Positions 18,414 to 28,765 of a stretch of DNA of 61,196 nt are shown one piece after another. The notes under the pieces were generated by a model. That model ran no database searches. It saw only the letters and a program-made list of their open reading frames with translations, and had not been told where the DNA came from. The DNA is from Burkholderiales bacterium. GTDB lineage: Bacteria > Pseudomonadota > Gammaproteobacteria > Burkholderiales > Usitatibacteraceae. The position numbers were made by a program, and so were the translations under genes. The number at the start of each line of letters is the position of its first letter. The first letter of the stretch is position 1. Location of the stretch: assembly GCA_038224475.1 (NCBI GenBank), contig JBBRFJ010000001.1, positions 1 through 61,196 of the forward strand, given 5' to 3'.

Positions 18414-20885
18414 TCAATGCCGGCGGTCCGGCAACGGGCACCAAATATCGTCCGCGTACTGGCGGATGGTGCGATCAGTGGAGAATTGGCCCATGGCAGC
18501 GATATTGCGCAAGGCCATCGCCGCCCATGCGTCCGGCGACTGGAATAGCGCGTCAACCCGGCCCTGCGTCGCAACATAGTCGGCGAAATCGGCCAGTAAC
18601 ACGTACGGGTCGCGATTCAGCAGGCTGTCGGTCAAGGCGCGATAGCGTGTCGGCTCACCCGGGCTGAACTTGCCCGATGTAATCGCTTCGATTACACCCG
18701 CCAATTGATGGTTTTGCTCGACATACAGACGTGGGTCGTACCCCAGCGCGCGCAGTTGGGCAACGGCTTCTGTACGCAGACCAAAAACAAACATGTTGCT
18801 CTCGCCCATGGCCTCAGCCATTTCGATGTTGGCGCCGTCCCATGTGCCGATCGTGAGCGCACCGTTAAGCGCGAATTTCATATTGCCGGTACCCGACGCC
18901 TCGGTGCCGGCCGTGGATATTTGCTCAGACAAGTCTGCTGCGGGAATGATGCGCTCGGCAAGCGAAACGCCGTAGTTCGGTAGGAACACGACCTTCAAGC
19001 GGTCGCCGACTCTGGCATCACTGTTGACGACGCGCACGACGTCGTGGATGAGCTGGATCGTCAGCTTTGCCATTTGGTAGGCCGACGCGGCCTTGCCAGC
19101 AAAGATGATGGTCCGCGGCGTCCACGCGGCATCCGGGTCGGCGATGATCGCCTGATAACGCGCAATCACATGCAGCACATTGAGTAGTTGACGCTTGTAT
19201 TCGTGAATACGCTTGACCTGTACGTCGAACAGACTCGATGCGTTGACGACAATGCCCAACTCGCGGCGAATGTAGTCGGCCAAGCGTTCCTTATTCGCCC
19301 GCTTGATGCTCTGGAGTTCCTTGCATACGCCCTTCTGACCGGCAATCCGATCCAGCGCCGACAACTCGCCAAGGTCGGTGCGCCAACCTCGACCGATACG
19401 CCGATCGAGCAATGCCGCCAGATTCGGGTTCGCTTGTTCAAGCCAGCGACGTGGCGTCACGCCATTGGTCACGTTCAAGAAGCGATCCGGCCAGATCGCC
19501 GCGTAATCGGCAAAGATAGTACTCACCATCAAGGCCGAGTGCAGCGCCGACACGCCGTTGACCTTTCTGGAGGCGACGATGGCTAACGCGGCCATCCGAA
19601 TCCGCCGCTCACCCGCTTCATCGATTAATGAAACACGCTTGACGATCGACTCATCTCCCGGGAAGCGCGCTCGCACGAGCTGTAGGAAACGATCGTTGAT
19701 TTCGTAAATGATGTTGAGGTGGCGCGGCAGCAGGCGTTGCAGCATTTGCACCGGCCAGGTCTCGAGCGCCTCCGGCATCAGCGTGTGATTGGTGTAGCTG
19801 ATCGCCTCGCTGACCACCCGCCACGCGGCGTCCCATTCCAAGCCGTATTCGTCGAGCAACAGGCGCATCAATTCGGCCGGGGCGATGGCGGGGTGCGTGT
19901 CGTTGAGGTGAACAACGTTCCAATCGGCAAAAGTATCAACGGTCGCGTGTTCGCGCACATGGCGCGCGAGCATATCTTGCAAAGATGCGCTGACGAGGAG
20001 GTATTCTTGACGCAACCTCAGCTCGCGTCCCGCCTCAGTGCTGTCGTCGGGATAGAGGACCCAATTTAATCGCTCAGCGGCCTGTCGGTGCGCGGCGCTT
20101 GCCGCGTGCTCACCGCGGGAGAACGTCGCATAGTCAAGCGGTTCAGCCGCGGTCGCGCGCCACTGCCGTAGGGTCGACACGCTCGCCGTGTTGTGGCCTG
20201 GAACAATGAAGTCAAATGCGCTCGCAATCAACGCTTCTGCAGGTGTCCATTGCCCGACCGTGCCGCGCATATTGACTGAACCACCGAAGCCGACGCGGTA
20301 GGTAACTTCTGTGCGGGGAATCTCCCAATCGCAACCGGATGCCAGCCACGCGTCCGGCACTTCGACTTGGCGACCATCCTGAATTCGCTGCGCGAACATG
20401 CCGTTTTCGTAGCGCAGCCCGTATCCGAACGAAGGCAGGCCCAAGGTTGCAAATGAATCCAGAAAACACGCAGCCAGCCTGCCAAGTCCGCCATTGCCAA
20501 GCGCCGCATCAGGTTCTCGTTCGAGCACTGCAGGCAATTCGTATCCAGCCGCTTCGGCCACATCGGTCGCAACGTCGGTCAAGTTCAGCGCAGCTAAAGC
20601 GTTGGTCATGGCGCGCCCCATCAAGAACTCCATCGACAGGTAGTGCACCCGACGACCGTCGGTCCTCGCCGCATCGTGCCGCTGGGTTTGCGCCCAGCGC
20701 TCCGCCAGCAACTCACGGCTCGCGGTGGCAGCCGCCTGCAGCACGGCGGAGGCTGCCTGCGGATCGCTGCGCTGTCCCAGTTGACGAGAATAGGCATCAA
20801 GAAAGTGCTTCTCGATATCGGCGGCGGACGGACGAGGTGCCTTGCTGGCGGTACCACTTGGATTAGATTTCACTGAACTTTCCAT
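18414..20885 (-). CDS. glgP: glycogen/maltodextrin phosphorylase
   Basis: 823 aa with the PLP-site region EASGTGNMKFALNGALTIGTWDGANIE. Confidence 0.93.
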   Translation of the reverse strand: MESSVKSNPSGTASKAPRPSAADIEKHFLDAYSRQLGQRSDPQAASAVLQAAATASRELLAERWAQTQRHDAARTDGRRVHYLSMEFLMGRAMTNALAALNLTDVATDVAEAAGYELPAVLEREPDAALGNGGLGRLAACFLDSFATLGLPSFGYGLRYENGMFAQRIQDGRQVEVPDAWLASGCDWEIPRTEVTYRVGFGGSVNMRGTVGQWTPAEALIASAFDFIVPGHNTASVSTLRQWRATAAEPLDYATFSRGEHAASAAHRQAAERLNWVLYPDDSTEAGRELRLRQEYLLVSASLQDMLARHVREHATVDTFADWNVVHLNDTHPAIAPAELMRLLLDEYGLEWDAAWRVVSEAISYTNHTLMPEALETWPVQMLQRLLPRHLNIIYEINDRFLQLVRARFPGDESIVKRVSLIDEAGERRIRMAALAIVASRKVNGVSALHSALMVSTIFADYAAIWPDRFLNVTNGVTPRRWLEQANPNLAALLDRRIGRGWRTDLGELSALDRIAGQKGVCKELQSIKRANKERLADYIRRELGIVVNASSLFDVQVKRIHEYKRQLLNVLHVIARYQAIIADPDAAWTPRTIIFAGKAASAYQMAKLTIQLIHDVVRVVNSDARVGDRLKVVFLPNYGVSLAERIIPAADLSEQISTAGTEASGTGNMKFALNGALTIGTWDGANIEMAEAMGESNMFVFGLRTEAVAQLRALGYDPRLYVEQNHQLAGVIEAITSGKFSPGEPTRYRALTDSLLNRDPYVLLADFADYVATQGRVDALFQSPDAWAAMALRNIAAMGQFSTDRTIRQYADDIWCPLPDRRH

Positions 20886-21415
20886 ACTGGCTTTCTACCG
20901 TCCTTCTTCTAAATCGGTTACGCCAACGGCTTGCCGGGGGCGTGCTTTTGGCGAATGTCGAGACGACCCGGCAACAATTACGGCGCGCTCAACGATATCG
21001 ACGGACGCAATCGGCGGGGCAAGAATGCATCCAGCGTGTAACTTTACCTCATCGCACGGGCGTATGAAGCCGAATATCGCTGTTTTGAGCCGACCGCCAT
21101 CCAGGATATGCTCATCTGCGCGACCCCTGCAGAATGGATCATGCACCAATGATTGCTATCCGCTGGTACGCTCGTCTGAGCGTTTGAAAGGCTCTGGAAA
21201 CTCAATGTGGGAATTTCCGAGCGAATACAGCGCGTCGCCCCGCCAGTTTGAAGCCTGATGTCGTACCGACAGTATCTTCGACAGTGCTTCTAAATGTCCC
21301 ACGTGCCATCAGTTTTAATCCTGCAGATCGCACCAACGCGCCTATGACTGAAGACGCGTGGCAAGCCATTTGCGTCAGGATATCTGTTCCTGTTGCTGCT
21401 CCCGTCCGACTCAGC

Positions 21416-23920
21416 TTATTTGGCTGTCGAAACCGCTGGTGCGATCAAGCGCAATGTATGCGTCGGTACGTTCGCAAGCAAGGGCGTAGGCGCGCCACCC
21501 AGCCAATCGCCATGCCCCGCTCCATAGAACGGCGATAGCGGATGTCCGCTTTGGCCGCCGGGCATCGTCAAGAGGGCGGTTGCCTCATTTCCTGGCGACA
21601 CCACGGTTCGCTGCGAAGCGCCAAAATTGCCCGCCATCACCTTGGGCAAATTTGAATCGCCCGATACCGGCACGCGCGGCATATCCAAAAAATATCCCAA
21701 TGCCGGCACGGCGCGCGACAGAGGATGACGGATCGTGGCGACATTGTTTTTCCCCCACACGGACGCCGCAAGCGAGCCGTTGGCTTTGATTAAATCGTCG
21801 GTGGCCGACGTGAATTGTGCCGTGAGAAACGCCTCCCAAGTCGTGAAAGGAAGCGGCAGTAAATGCGGCGCTTTTGCGTCAATCGCAGCGATCGCAGCGT
21901 ATTCAAAACGCCCGTCCCACTTGCCTTTTTGTTCAGTGCTATTTGGTTCAGTGCCCGTTGCCGCACTTACCCACGATTTCCAGAGCTGATCCAGCACTTT
22001 CTGGCGGAATGTTTTTGCAAGCAAATATCCCGCTTGGTCCGCATCAGCATTGCCGTTCCAAGCGGTCAGCAGCCGCGACGTTTCTGTCGCGTTTGGCTGG
22101 TTAGGATTTTGTGCCGCCACATTTTGCATCCGTTGTGCCCAAGTCTTCATGAATCGCGCTTCGGTATCGAGCTGAACACCATACAACGCCGCTTCGTCGA
22201 TGGGTTTGTCGCTTGGAGTTTGGTGCAGAAGAATCAATCGATCGCGAATCTGCTGTCCGCGTGCGCCCAAATCAAATCCGCCTTCGCCGATTTTTGCCCC
22301 GCCGGTTGGATCGCCGCCAGTGCGTGATTCACCGCCCAGTTGCCGGTTGTTCGCCGTCCAAAGGCGGGCAGACGACGGATTTTTTATAACCGGATATTCC
22401 GCCACCGGCAGCCACTCGTTGCTGATATCTGCTGGCTTGGCCCATCCGGCGCGCTGCGAATTGTCGGCGATATTCAAACCGCCATTTTCAGCGTGGTTGC
22501 CAACATGTCGACGCGGCATCCGGCCCGCAATCGTCCAAGCTAAATTGCCGACGCTGTCCACCACCAAAAAATTTTGATGCGGCACGCCACTTTGTTGGGC
22601 AATCAATAGTGCCTCATCAACCGTTTTGGCGAACATCAGTTGCATGACGTTGGGATTGATCGCGCCGGGCTGATGCGCGACCCAATGTAAGGCATATTGC
22701 GTTTCGCCCGTTTTTCCAGCGACTGTTTCAATGATCGGACCGAACTGTGATTCGCGGATGTCCAGCGTGATCGGCTCACCTGATTTCACCGCGATAGATT
22801 CGCGCTGTATCGTGATCGGTTCGCCCGCGGTGATCGGCACCCAATCAAACCATTTGCCGTATGAATTGGTGAACCCCCATGCGATATGGCCATTACTGCC
22901 GGCCACCAATGCAGGTACGCCTGGCAACGTCACGCCCGCGATTCTTTTTTCGCTGGCTTTAATAGCTATCTCACCTATTAGAAACTCGGCCCTAAACCAG
23001 ATATTGGGCACGCTGAAGCCCAGGTGCATATCGTTGGCCAACATGCCCGCCCCGGTGTTGGTGAGCGTCCCGCCCACTGCCCAAGCATTGCTGCCCACAT
23101 GATTTTCATTACCGACCGAGGCACTAATTGAAAGCGGCGACCAGTCAGGCGCATCGCTGCCTTCAAGGTTTGAAGACGCCACAGAGGCTGCTTTGTAAGC
23201 GCGCACATTCAGCTGTTCTGCGGTGGGCATCGCCACCGGCGCGACGATGCTGCCGTCAAGTGCAGCATCCCAGGTTCCCCCCAACGGCTTTAACCATGCG
23301 AATACGGGTGCGCTCATTTTTTCGCGCAGACGCGCATTTTCAAATGCACCATCGAATGATTTTGATTGCAGCATATAAAACATTTCGCACATGACCAGCA
23401 TCGAATCAATTTCCGTCCACGCCTGCGGCGCCGCTCGCAGCAGTGCGTATTGCCACGGTCTGGTCTGCAATGCGGCAATTCCGCCATTCACGCCTTCGGT
23501 ATATGCTGTCATTATCTTTTTTTGCTCAGGCGCAAGAGCCGGCCAAGCCTCATTCATACGCGCGCGAAAGCGATGCTGACGCTTCTTTTTGTCGTAGTCG
23601 ATAGTCGCACTTCCCAACAGTGCTGATAATTCGCCCGCGGCTGAGCGGCGTGTTAAATCCATTTCAAAAAACCGTTCTTGTGCATGGACAAAGCCCAGCG
23701 CGCGCATCGCATCCACCGTGTCACGTGCGGCAATGGCGACGGTGCCATTTGAATCGCGTGTAACCGTCACCGGGTTAGTGAGTTTGCTGAGCGCGAGCTC
23801 TCCGTCGAGTGCTGGCAGACTTGCGCGCAACGTGAAAAAAACTGCAACGATCATAACGAGGGCAACGGCGGCAAGTGCGATCAGAACTCGCGCAGAAATT
23901 TTTAAAATTCGATTTCGCAT
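21416..23920 (-). CDS. penicillin-acylase-family Ntn hydrolase (possible acyl-homoserine-lactone acylase)
   Basis: 834 aa with a signal/TM N-terminus. The GSNAWAVGG site supplies the beta-subunit N-terminal Ser nucleophile. Confidence 0.85.
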   Translation of the reverse strand: MRNRILKISARVLIALAAVALVMIVAVFFTLRASLPALDGELALSKLTNPVTVTRDSNGTVAIAARDTVDAMRALGFVHAQERFFEMDLTRRSAAGELSALLGSATIDYDKKKRQHRFRARMNEAWPALAPEQKKIMTAYTEGVNGGIAALQTRPWQYALLRAAPQAWTEIDSMLVMCEMFYMLQSKSFDGAFENARLREKMSAPVFAWLKPLGGTWDAALDGSIVAPVAMPTAEQLNVRAYKAASVASSNLEGSDAPDWSPLSISASVGNENHVGSNAWAVGGTLTNTGAGMLANDMHLGFSVPNIWFRAEFLIGEIAIKASEKRIAGVTLPGVPALVAGSNGHIAWGFTNSYGKWFDWVPITAGEPITIQRESIAVKSGEPITLDIRESQFGPIIETVAGKTGETQYALHWVAHQPGAINPNVMQLMFAKTVDEALLIAQQSGVPHQNFLVVDSVGNLAWTIAGRMPRRHVGNHAENGGLNIADNSQRAGWAKPADISNEWLPVAEYPVIKNPSSARLWTANNRQLGGESRTGGDPTGGAKIGEGGFDLGARGQQIRDRLILLHQTPSDKPIDEAALYGVQLDTEARFMKTWAQRMQNVAAQNPNQPNATETSRLLTAWNGNADADQAGYLLAKTFRQKVLDQLWKSWVSAATGTEPNSTEQKGKWDGRFEYAAIAAIDAKAPHLLPLPFTTWEAFLTAQFTSATDDLIKANGSLAASVWGKNNVATIRHPLSRAVPALGYFLDMPRVPVSGDSNLPKVMAGNFGASQRTVVSPGNEATALLTMPGGQSGHPLSPFYGAGHGDWLGGAPTPLLANVPTHTLRLIAPAVSTAK

Positions 23921-24847
23921 TTATTTTTTTACATTAGTTTTGGTTTTGGCGCGTGGATGTGCCAGATCATAAACTTTCGCCAAGTGTTGAAAATCAAGGT
24001 GCGTATAAACTTGAGTGGACGCGATGCTGGCGTGGCCCAACATTTCCTGTACCGCGCGTAAATCCCCCGACGATTGCAGCACATGTGACGCGAATGAGTG
24101 CCGCAACATATGCGGATGAGTATCGACAGAAATGCCCTGCCGGATTGCCAAGATTTTGATCCGGGTTTGCACGGTACGCGCCGTCAAGCGTTTACCCAGG
24201 AGGCTCAGAAAAAGCGCATCTCGATGAATGAGGGCCGGATTAATCGACATCGTTGTACGAATCGCCAGCCACCGACTAAGAGCATCCATTGCATGTTTTC
24301 CAATCGGCACGATGCGAGACTTGTTGCCTTTACCCAATACGCGGGCTTCAGCGGCGGGCATGTCAATTGAAGTGAGATCTAGCCCCACCAATTCGGATAC
24401 ACGTAATCCGGAAGAATAGAGCAGCTCAAACGCGGCGCGATCACGAATATCGTCAGGCGTTTCGGCTTCAAAACTAACCAGCCGCACTGCCTCATCGGGC
24501 GACAATGTTTCGGGCAAACGCTTGGCTGCTTTCGGCGCGCGGACGCCATCCACAGGGTTGGGTGCACCAGCGTCCCGATGCAAAAATTCATAAAAGCCGC
24601 GCCAGCCCGATAGCACTCGTGCTATTGATTTCGGCCCGAGTCCGCGGGAATGAAGTTGCGCGGCAAAGCGACGGATATCAGTTTGCTGCAAAGCGCGCAG
24701 TTCGCGTTCGGCCGACAGTCGCGAATTGTCTTCCGCCAGCTTTGTTTCCAGCAGCACTAAATCACGACGATAGTGTTTTAGCGTGAGCGACGCCAACCGC
24801 CGCTCATGGGTCAGATGCGATAAATATTTTTCAATCGCTTCATTCAC
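23921..24847 (-). CDS. xerC: tyrosine recombinase XerC
   Basis: R..HxxR..Y catalytic pattern (LRVSELVGL, HMLRHSFASH, GHASIASTQVYTH). Conserved xerC-DUF484-dapF order. Confidence 0.9.
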   Translation of the reverse strand: MNEAIEKYLSHLTHERRLASLTLKHYRRDLVLLETKLAEDNSRLSAERELRALQQTDIRRFAAQLHSRGLGPKSIARVLSGWRGFYEFLHRDAGAPNPVDGVRAPKAAKRLPETLSPDEAVRLVSFEAETPDDIRDRAAFELLYSSGLRVSELVGLDLTSIDMPAAEARVLGKGNKSRIVPIGKHAMDALSRWLAIRTTMSINPALIHRDALFLSLLGKRLTARTVQTRIKILAIRQGISVDTHPHMLRHSFASHVLQSSGDLRAVQEMLGHASIASTQVYTHLDFQHLAKVYDLAHPRAKTKTNVKK

Positions 24848-24886
24848 CGTCTTTGCGTCGTGTTTAGCTTAACGGTCATTTTCAAA

Positions 24887-25618
24887 CTATTCGGCTGCGG
24901 TCGGCTCATCGCTTGGCAGATGATACGAGCTGATATGGCGGCCGATGGCATGCGCGAATACGTCACCAATGCGGGTCAAAAATAGCGTACCCATATCGCT
25001 ATAAAAACGCTCTGCGCTTTCGGATGCCATCAGCAGCAGGCCGAAACAGCGATCTGTTTTGAGTGCAACTAGTGCATACGATTTTAAGTGCGGCGCATGC
25101 TCGCCAAACCACAGGTGGGTTTCGTAAACCGGATGATTGCCGCAGTAAGGTTGGGTCATTGCCTCGACAAATTGTTGCAGCTCAACCGGCACATGTTGAA
25201 ACTCGGGTGACGGATTTGGCAAACCCGTATCACCGACAGAATCATCCATCGGCGCAACTCCCCATAGGCGCAGTGCGACATGCGGCACTTGAAAACTATC
25301 CAGTAGATCGAGGTAAAGCACATCAACCGATTGCTCAAGCGATGCGCAATCAATCAGCTTCAAGGTGAGGGCGTGTACTTTATCGGACAGCTTGTCGTTT
25401 TCTTCGCCGAACGCAATAAGCTCGCCGAGCTTCGCCTCGATAATCTTTGATTTTTCACGCGTCGCAATCAACTGGCGCTCAGGAATCGACACCGTCCGAC
25501 CGCCATGCGGATGTGAGACGTTGATGTTTAACAATATGGCCGGGTACGATTCAAAAAAATCCGGGTGCGTCGTTAAAAACGCCGCGACTTCATCAGCCGT
25601 TAAATCAATATCAGACAC
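24887..25618 (-). CDS. DUF484 family protein
   Basis: Its position between dapF and xerC and its N-terminus EVAAFLTTHPDFF are typical of DUF484. Confidence 0.75.
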   Translation of the reverse strand: MSDIDLTADEVAAFLTTHPDFFESYPAILLNINVSHPHGGRTVSIPERQLIATREKSKIIEAKLGELIAFGEENDKLSDKVHALTLKLIDCASLEQSVDVLYLDLLDSFQVPHVALRLWGVAPMDDSVGDTGLPNPSPEFQHVPVELQQFVEAMTQPYCGNHPVYETHLWFGEHAPHLKSYALVALKTDRCFGLLLMASESAERFYSDMGTLFLTRIGDVFAHAIGRHISSYHLPSDEPTAAE

Positions 25619-25638
25619 GCCATTTCCTTTTTTAAACT

Positions 25639-26502
25639 TTAATCGTGGTTAACATCAATTTCGCCGCGAAACACCAAGGTCGGTTTGCCCGCCATCAATA
25701 CCGGTGCATTCGCGTGAACTGCATCCCATGTTACCGTGAGTTCGCCTCCGCGCGCGGTGACGCTCACCTTGTTGCTGAGGAGGCCAAAGCGTATGCCGGT
25801 CACCACCGCGGCGCAGGCACCGGTCCCACAGGCAAGCGTCTCGCCCGCGCCGCGCTCCCAGACGCGCAGTTTCACATGGTCCCGCGATAGCACTTGCATA
25901 AATCCGGCATTCACCCGCTGCGGAAATCTGGGGTGATGCTCAATCAGCGGACCCATTTCACGCACCGGCGCGCGATCAACGTCATCAACAATCTGCACCG
26001 CGTGTGGGTTGCCCATCGAGGCCACGCCGACCATCACAATTTGCCCGCCAACATCAAGCGGATATTTAATCGAATCAACCGAATCGCCCGAATCACCATC
26101 TGCGACAAACGGAATTTCACGGGGCAAAAATCGTGGCGCACCCATGTCGGTTGTCACCACACCGTCAGCACCCATGGATGGCGAAATAATGCCTTTCATG
26201 GTTTCGACCCGGATTACGTTTTTATCCGTAAGCCCCTCGTCACGAACGAATTGCGCGAAGCAATGCGTGCCATTGCCGCACTGCTCAACCTCGCCGCCGT
26301 CGCTATTAAAAATCCGATAACGAAAATCCACATCCGGCAAAGCGGTCTTTCCCACCAGCAAAAGCTGATCGCAGCCGACCCCAAAATTACGATTCGCGAT
26401 ACGACGTATTTGCGCGGGTGTGAGGGAAATGTTTTGCGCAATGCCATTTAGCATCACAAAATCATTGCCCTGACCGTGCATTTTCGTGAAGCGAAGTTTC
26501 AT
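25639..26502 (-). CDS. dapF: diaminopimelate epimerase
   Basis: [11 protein letters not shown], the two catalytic Cys contexts EQCGNG and LACGTGACA. Confidence 0.93.
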   Translation of the reverse strand: MKLRFTKMHGQGNDFVMLNGIAQNISLTPAQIRRIANRNFGVGCDQLLLVGKTALPDVDFRYRIFNSDGGEVEQCGNGTHCFAQFVRDEGLTDKNVIRVETMKGIISPSMGADGVVTTDMGAPRFLPREIPFVADGDSGDSVDSIKYPLDVGGQIVMVGVASMGNPHAVQIVDDVDRAPVREMGPLIEHHPRFPQRVNAGFMQVLSRDHVKLRVWERGAGETLACGTGACAAVVTGIRFGLLSNKVSVTARGGELTVTWDAVHANAPVLMAGKPTLVFRGEIDVNHD

Positions 26503-26520
26503 AGCAGGAGCTGCAAAGTT

Positions 26521-26808
26521 TTATTGAGACTCGGCTGGGAAATACGTAAACGCGCTATCGACCAGCGACGGCTCATGCGCGATTTCGTTGATTTCTTCTA
26601 TATTTAATTCAGGTGGCTTATCGGCCGGGTTTTTCACCGACGCCCGAAAAACAGGATCAGCACAAGTTCGGGTAATCGCGATGCTGGTCGCTTCATCCTC
26701 GCCGCCCGCCTCGACATACACATTTTTATAAAACCCCATCCAAGACTGCGCACCATTCTGCTCAATCAAGAAATTTTCACCGCGAATAAATACGTGGAAG
26801 AAGGCCAT
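26521..26808 (-). CDS. hypothetical small protein
   Basis: 95-aa ORF 18 nt upstream of dapF on the same strand, with coding-like composition. Confidence 0.5.
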   Translation of the reverse strand: MAFFHVFIRGENFLIEQNGAQSWMGFYKNVYVEAGGEDEATSIAITRTCADPVFRASVKNPADKPPELNIEEINEIAHEPSLVDSAFTYFPAESQ

Positions 26809-26974
26809 GGTGGATGAGATGGAATTGAAGATTTACAATTTTACCCCTTGCGGTGCTGATGGGGGCGATGTGAGGAATTAGCGCGTGTTAAGTAGAATAA
26901 GAGCAGAGATATTTACAAGCTAGGCATGTATCTTTTCAGTGCGAAAAATAGATTGAAATCAGGCGGCAAGTTGT

Positions 26975-27019
26975 ACTTTGAGCAAGTTTAATCTGCCAAA
27001 TATTGATGATGAATTTGCC
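26975..27019 (+). repeat. 45-bp direct repeat, copy A
   Basis: ACTTTGAGCAAGTTTAATCTGCCAAATATTGATGATGAATTTGCC matches 28593-28637 at 39 of 45 positions in the same orientation. Confidence 0.7.
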
Positions 27020-27083
27020 ACATGGTTGGGATAATTCGGTCTAGCAATTAAACTAAGGCTACGCTCACCTTGAAATACAAGTC

Positions 27084-27707
27084 ATGACGAAACTATTCGC
27101 ATACCTTATGTTTATTGCTTGCTCATTTATTGGCTCTGTTGGCGCAACGCCTCCTGAGAGAGTCGAGTGCCCCGGCAAATCTGCGGCAAACTATTATTTT
27201 CCCGAAGGCGTGCTGGCAGAAAATGATGCAAATTCAGATGCCTTTCTTCGAGGGTGGTTCGCCAAACATCTGACGGCAATGAACGAACCGTCCATTTCAT
27301 GCGGAACTTCTGGTCGAATATTCCGATTTACGTGGCTTCGTACATTTCATCATCCAGTATCAGTACGAGTCACCGAAATCAGCGGTGCAGCTTCGCTCGT
27401 GGCCATAGAACTCAATGGCGCCGGCGGCTATGCGCCGGGTGAAAAACACCGCCGCAAGGAGTCTACGCTCACAAATGGCGAGTTTAGAGGGCTACAGGAT
27501 TCATTCAGTAAGGTCGGTTTTTGGTCACTGCCAACAACTAGCGAGCAGCTAGGCATGGATGGAGCCGAATGGATATTTGAGGTTGCAGAAAATGGAAAAT
27601 ATCATGTCGTCACGCGCTGGTCGCCTGAAGCTGGTGCAATCCGCAATATCGGTCTGCAATTTCTAAAACTCGCAAAATGGAAATACAAACATAGGGAAAT
27701 CTACTGA
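27084..27707 (+). CDS. hypothetical secreted protein
   Basis: 207 aa with signal peptide MTKLFAYLMFIACSFIGSVGA. Lies in an AT-rich stretch. Confidence 0.6.
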   Translation: MTKLFAYLMFIACSFIGSVGATPPERVECPGKSAANYYFPEGVLAENDANSDAFLRGWFAKHLTAMNEPSISCGTSGRIFRFTWLRTFHHPVSVRVTEISGAASLVAIELNGAGGYAPGEKHRRKESTLTNGEFRGLQDSFSKVGFWSLPTTSEQLGMDGAEWIFEVAENGKYHVVTRWSPEAGAIRNIGLQFLKLAKWKYKHREIY

Positions 27708-27800
27708 GGAAGATATAGGTTTGGTAGGTTTAAACGACGCAAAATTTATCGTAAAGTTGTTAGCTGTTGGGCAGCCAGCAACAAACTAGAAAGTCCAAAA

Positions 27801-28142
27801 ATGCAAGATTCAATGGTCACCACCGCACTGACGCTACCCGGATATAAAGTCACCAAAAGCCATGGCGTGGTACGCGGGATTACAGTGCGATCCCGATCTA
27901 TAGTCGGAAATTTCTTTGGTGGTATACAGTCGCTATTCGGCGGCAACATTACGATCTATACCGCTCTCTGCGAGCAAGCGCGCTCAGAAACCTACGAGCT
28001 TATGTGCCGCGAGGCGGAGCAGCGCGGCGCCAACGCGATCATCGCGATGCACTACGACGCAACCGAAGTCATGGCTGGACTGACCGAGGTGCTGTGCTAT
28101 GGCACGGCGGTGACGGTGGTTCGCGAGCCCAACGAAATTTAA
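27801..28142 (+). CDS. YbjQ/UPF0145 family protein
   Basis: TTALTLPGYKV...VRGITVRSRSIVGNFFGGIQSLFGG...ANAIIAMHYD matches the UPF0145 pattern. Confidence 0.8.
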   Translation: MQDSMVTTALTLPGYKVTKSHGVVRGITVRSRSIVGNFFGGIQSLFGGNITIYTALCEQARSETYELMCREAEQRGANAIIAMHYDATEVMAGLTEVLCYGTAVTVVREPNEI

Positions 28143-28217
28143 CCTAGGGCGATTTGTAGCCGATGTTCGGTCAATGCTGTCGCTGGCGAGATAGGTCCAA
28201 CGGCCAATTTTGAGGGG

Positions 28218-28583
28218 ATGCTAGCAAACATGAAATGGGTGGGTACGTTAAAACGGTTCATTGGCGGGCACCAGCAAAAGGAGCCGTCTATTACTGTCCA
28301 CGAAGATGGATTTTCATTTTTGGGCAACAATGGGTTGCCCGCGCAGGTGCAATGGGGCGAGGTTCTCGAGATTCGTGCGTGCAAGTTAGACCTTTCTACT
28401 TGGGATGAAGTGCGTTTTCGCTTCGTGCTTTCGTCCGGAAAAGAAGTTGAACTCTCGGAGGACCAGCCAGGATTTGACGCTGCATTGTCCGCCGTCTGTG
28501 TTAGCCTTCCTTGCGTCGCCGGTTGGCGGAATCAAATCATTAAGCCCGCATTTGCTCGTAATGAAACCGTCTTTTTTTTGTAA
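28218..28583 (+). CDS. hypothetical protein
   Basis: 121-aa ORF with no motif recognised. Confidence 0.45.
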   Translation: MLANMKWVGTLKRFIGGHQQKEPSITVHEDGFSFLGNNGLPAQVQWGEVLEIRACKLDLSTWDEVRFRFVLSSGKEVELSEDQPGFDAALSAVCVSLPCVAGWRNQIIKPAFARNETVFFL

Positions 28584-28592
28584 ATAGTTCGT

Positions 28593-28637
28593 AATTTGGG
28601 CAAGTTTCATCTGCCCAACATTGGTGATGAATTTGCC
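28593..28637 (+). repeat. 45-bp direct repeat, copy B
   Basis: AATTTGGGCAAGTTTCATCTGCCCAACATTGGTGATGAATTTGCC, the partner of 26975-27019. Confidence 0.7.
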
Positions 28638-28765
28638 GTTGATGTTGGACGAACAAAAAACGTATTTTCCCAAGTTACAGACCAACTTACTGCAGTCAAC
28701 AGCAACCTCCAAATTTGTCCGTGCTGAGATTGCTCAAGGTCGACGAATGAGCGATTGTCGCAATC

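Noticed and set aside
12573-20876. Dozens of 60-230-aa ORFs antisense to or out of frame with malQ, glgX, glgB and glgP
   Set aside because: They are typical GC-rich shadow ORFs with Arg/Pro/Ala-rich translations and no motifs. The long frames carry unmistakable GH13, GH77 and GT35 motifs.
20895-21149. 84-aa minus-strand ORF just upstream of glgP, in the 530-bp spacer between the acylase gene and glgP
   Set aside because: It has no RBS, an Arg/Gly-rich unremarkable sequence, and an equally long overlapping ORF on the other strand. The region is more likely the glgP promoter and leader.
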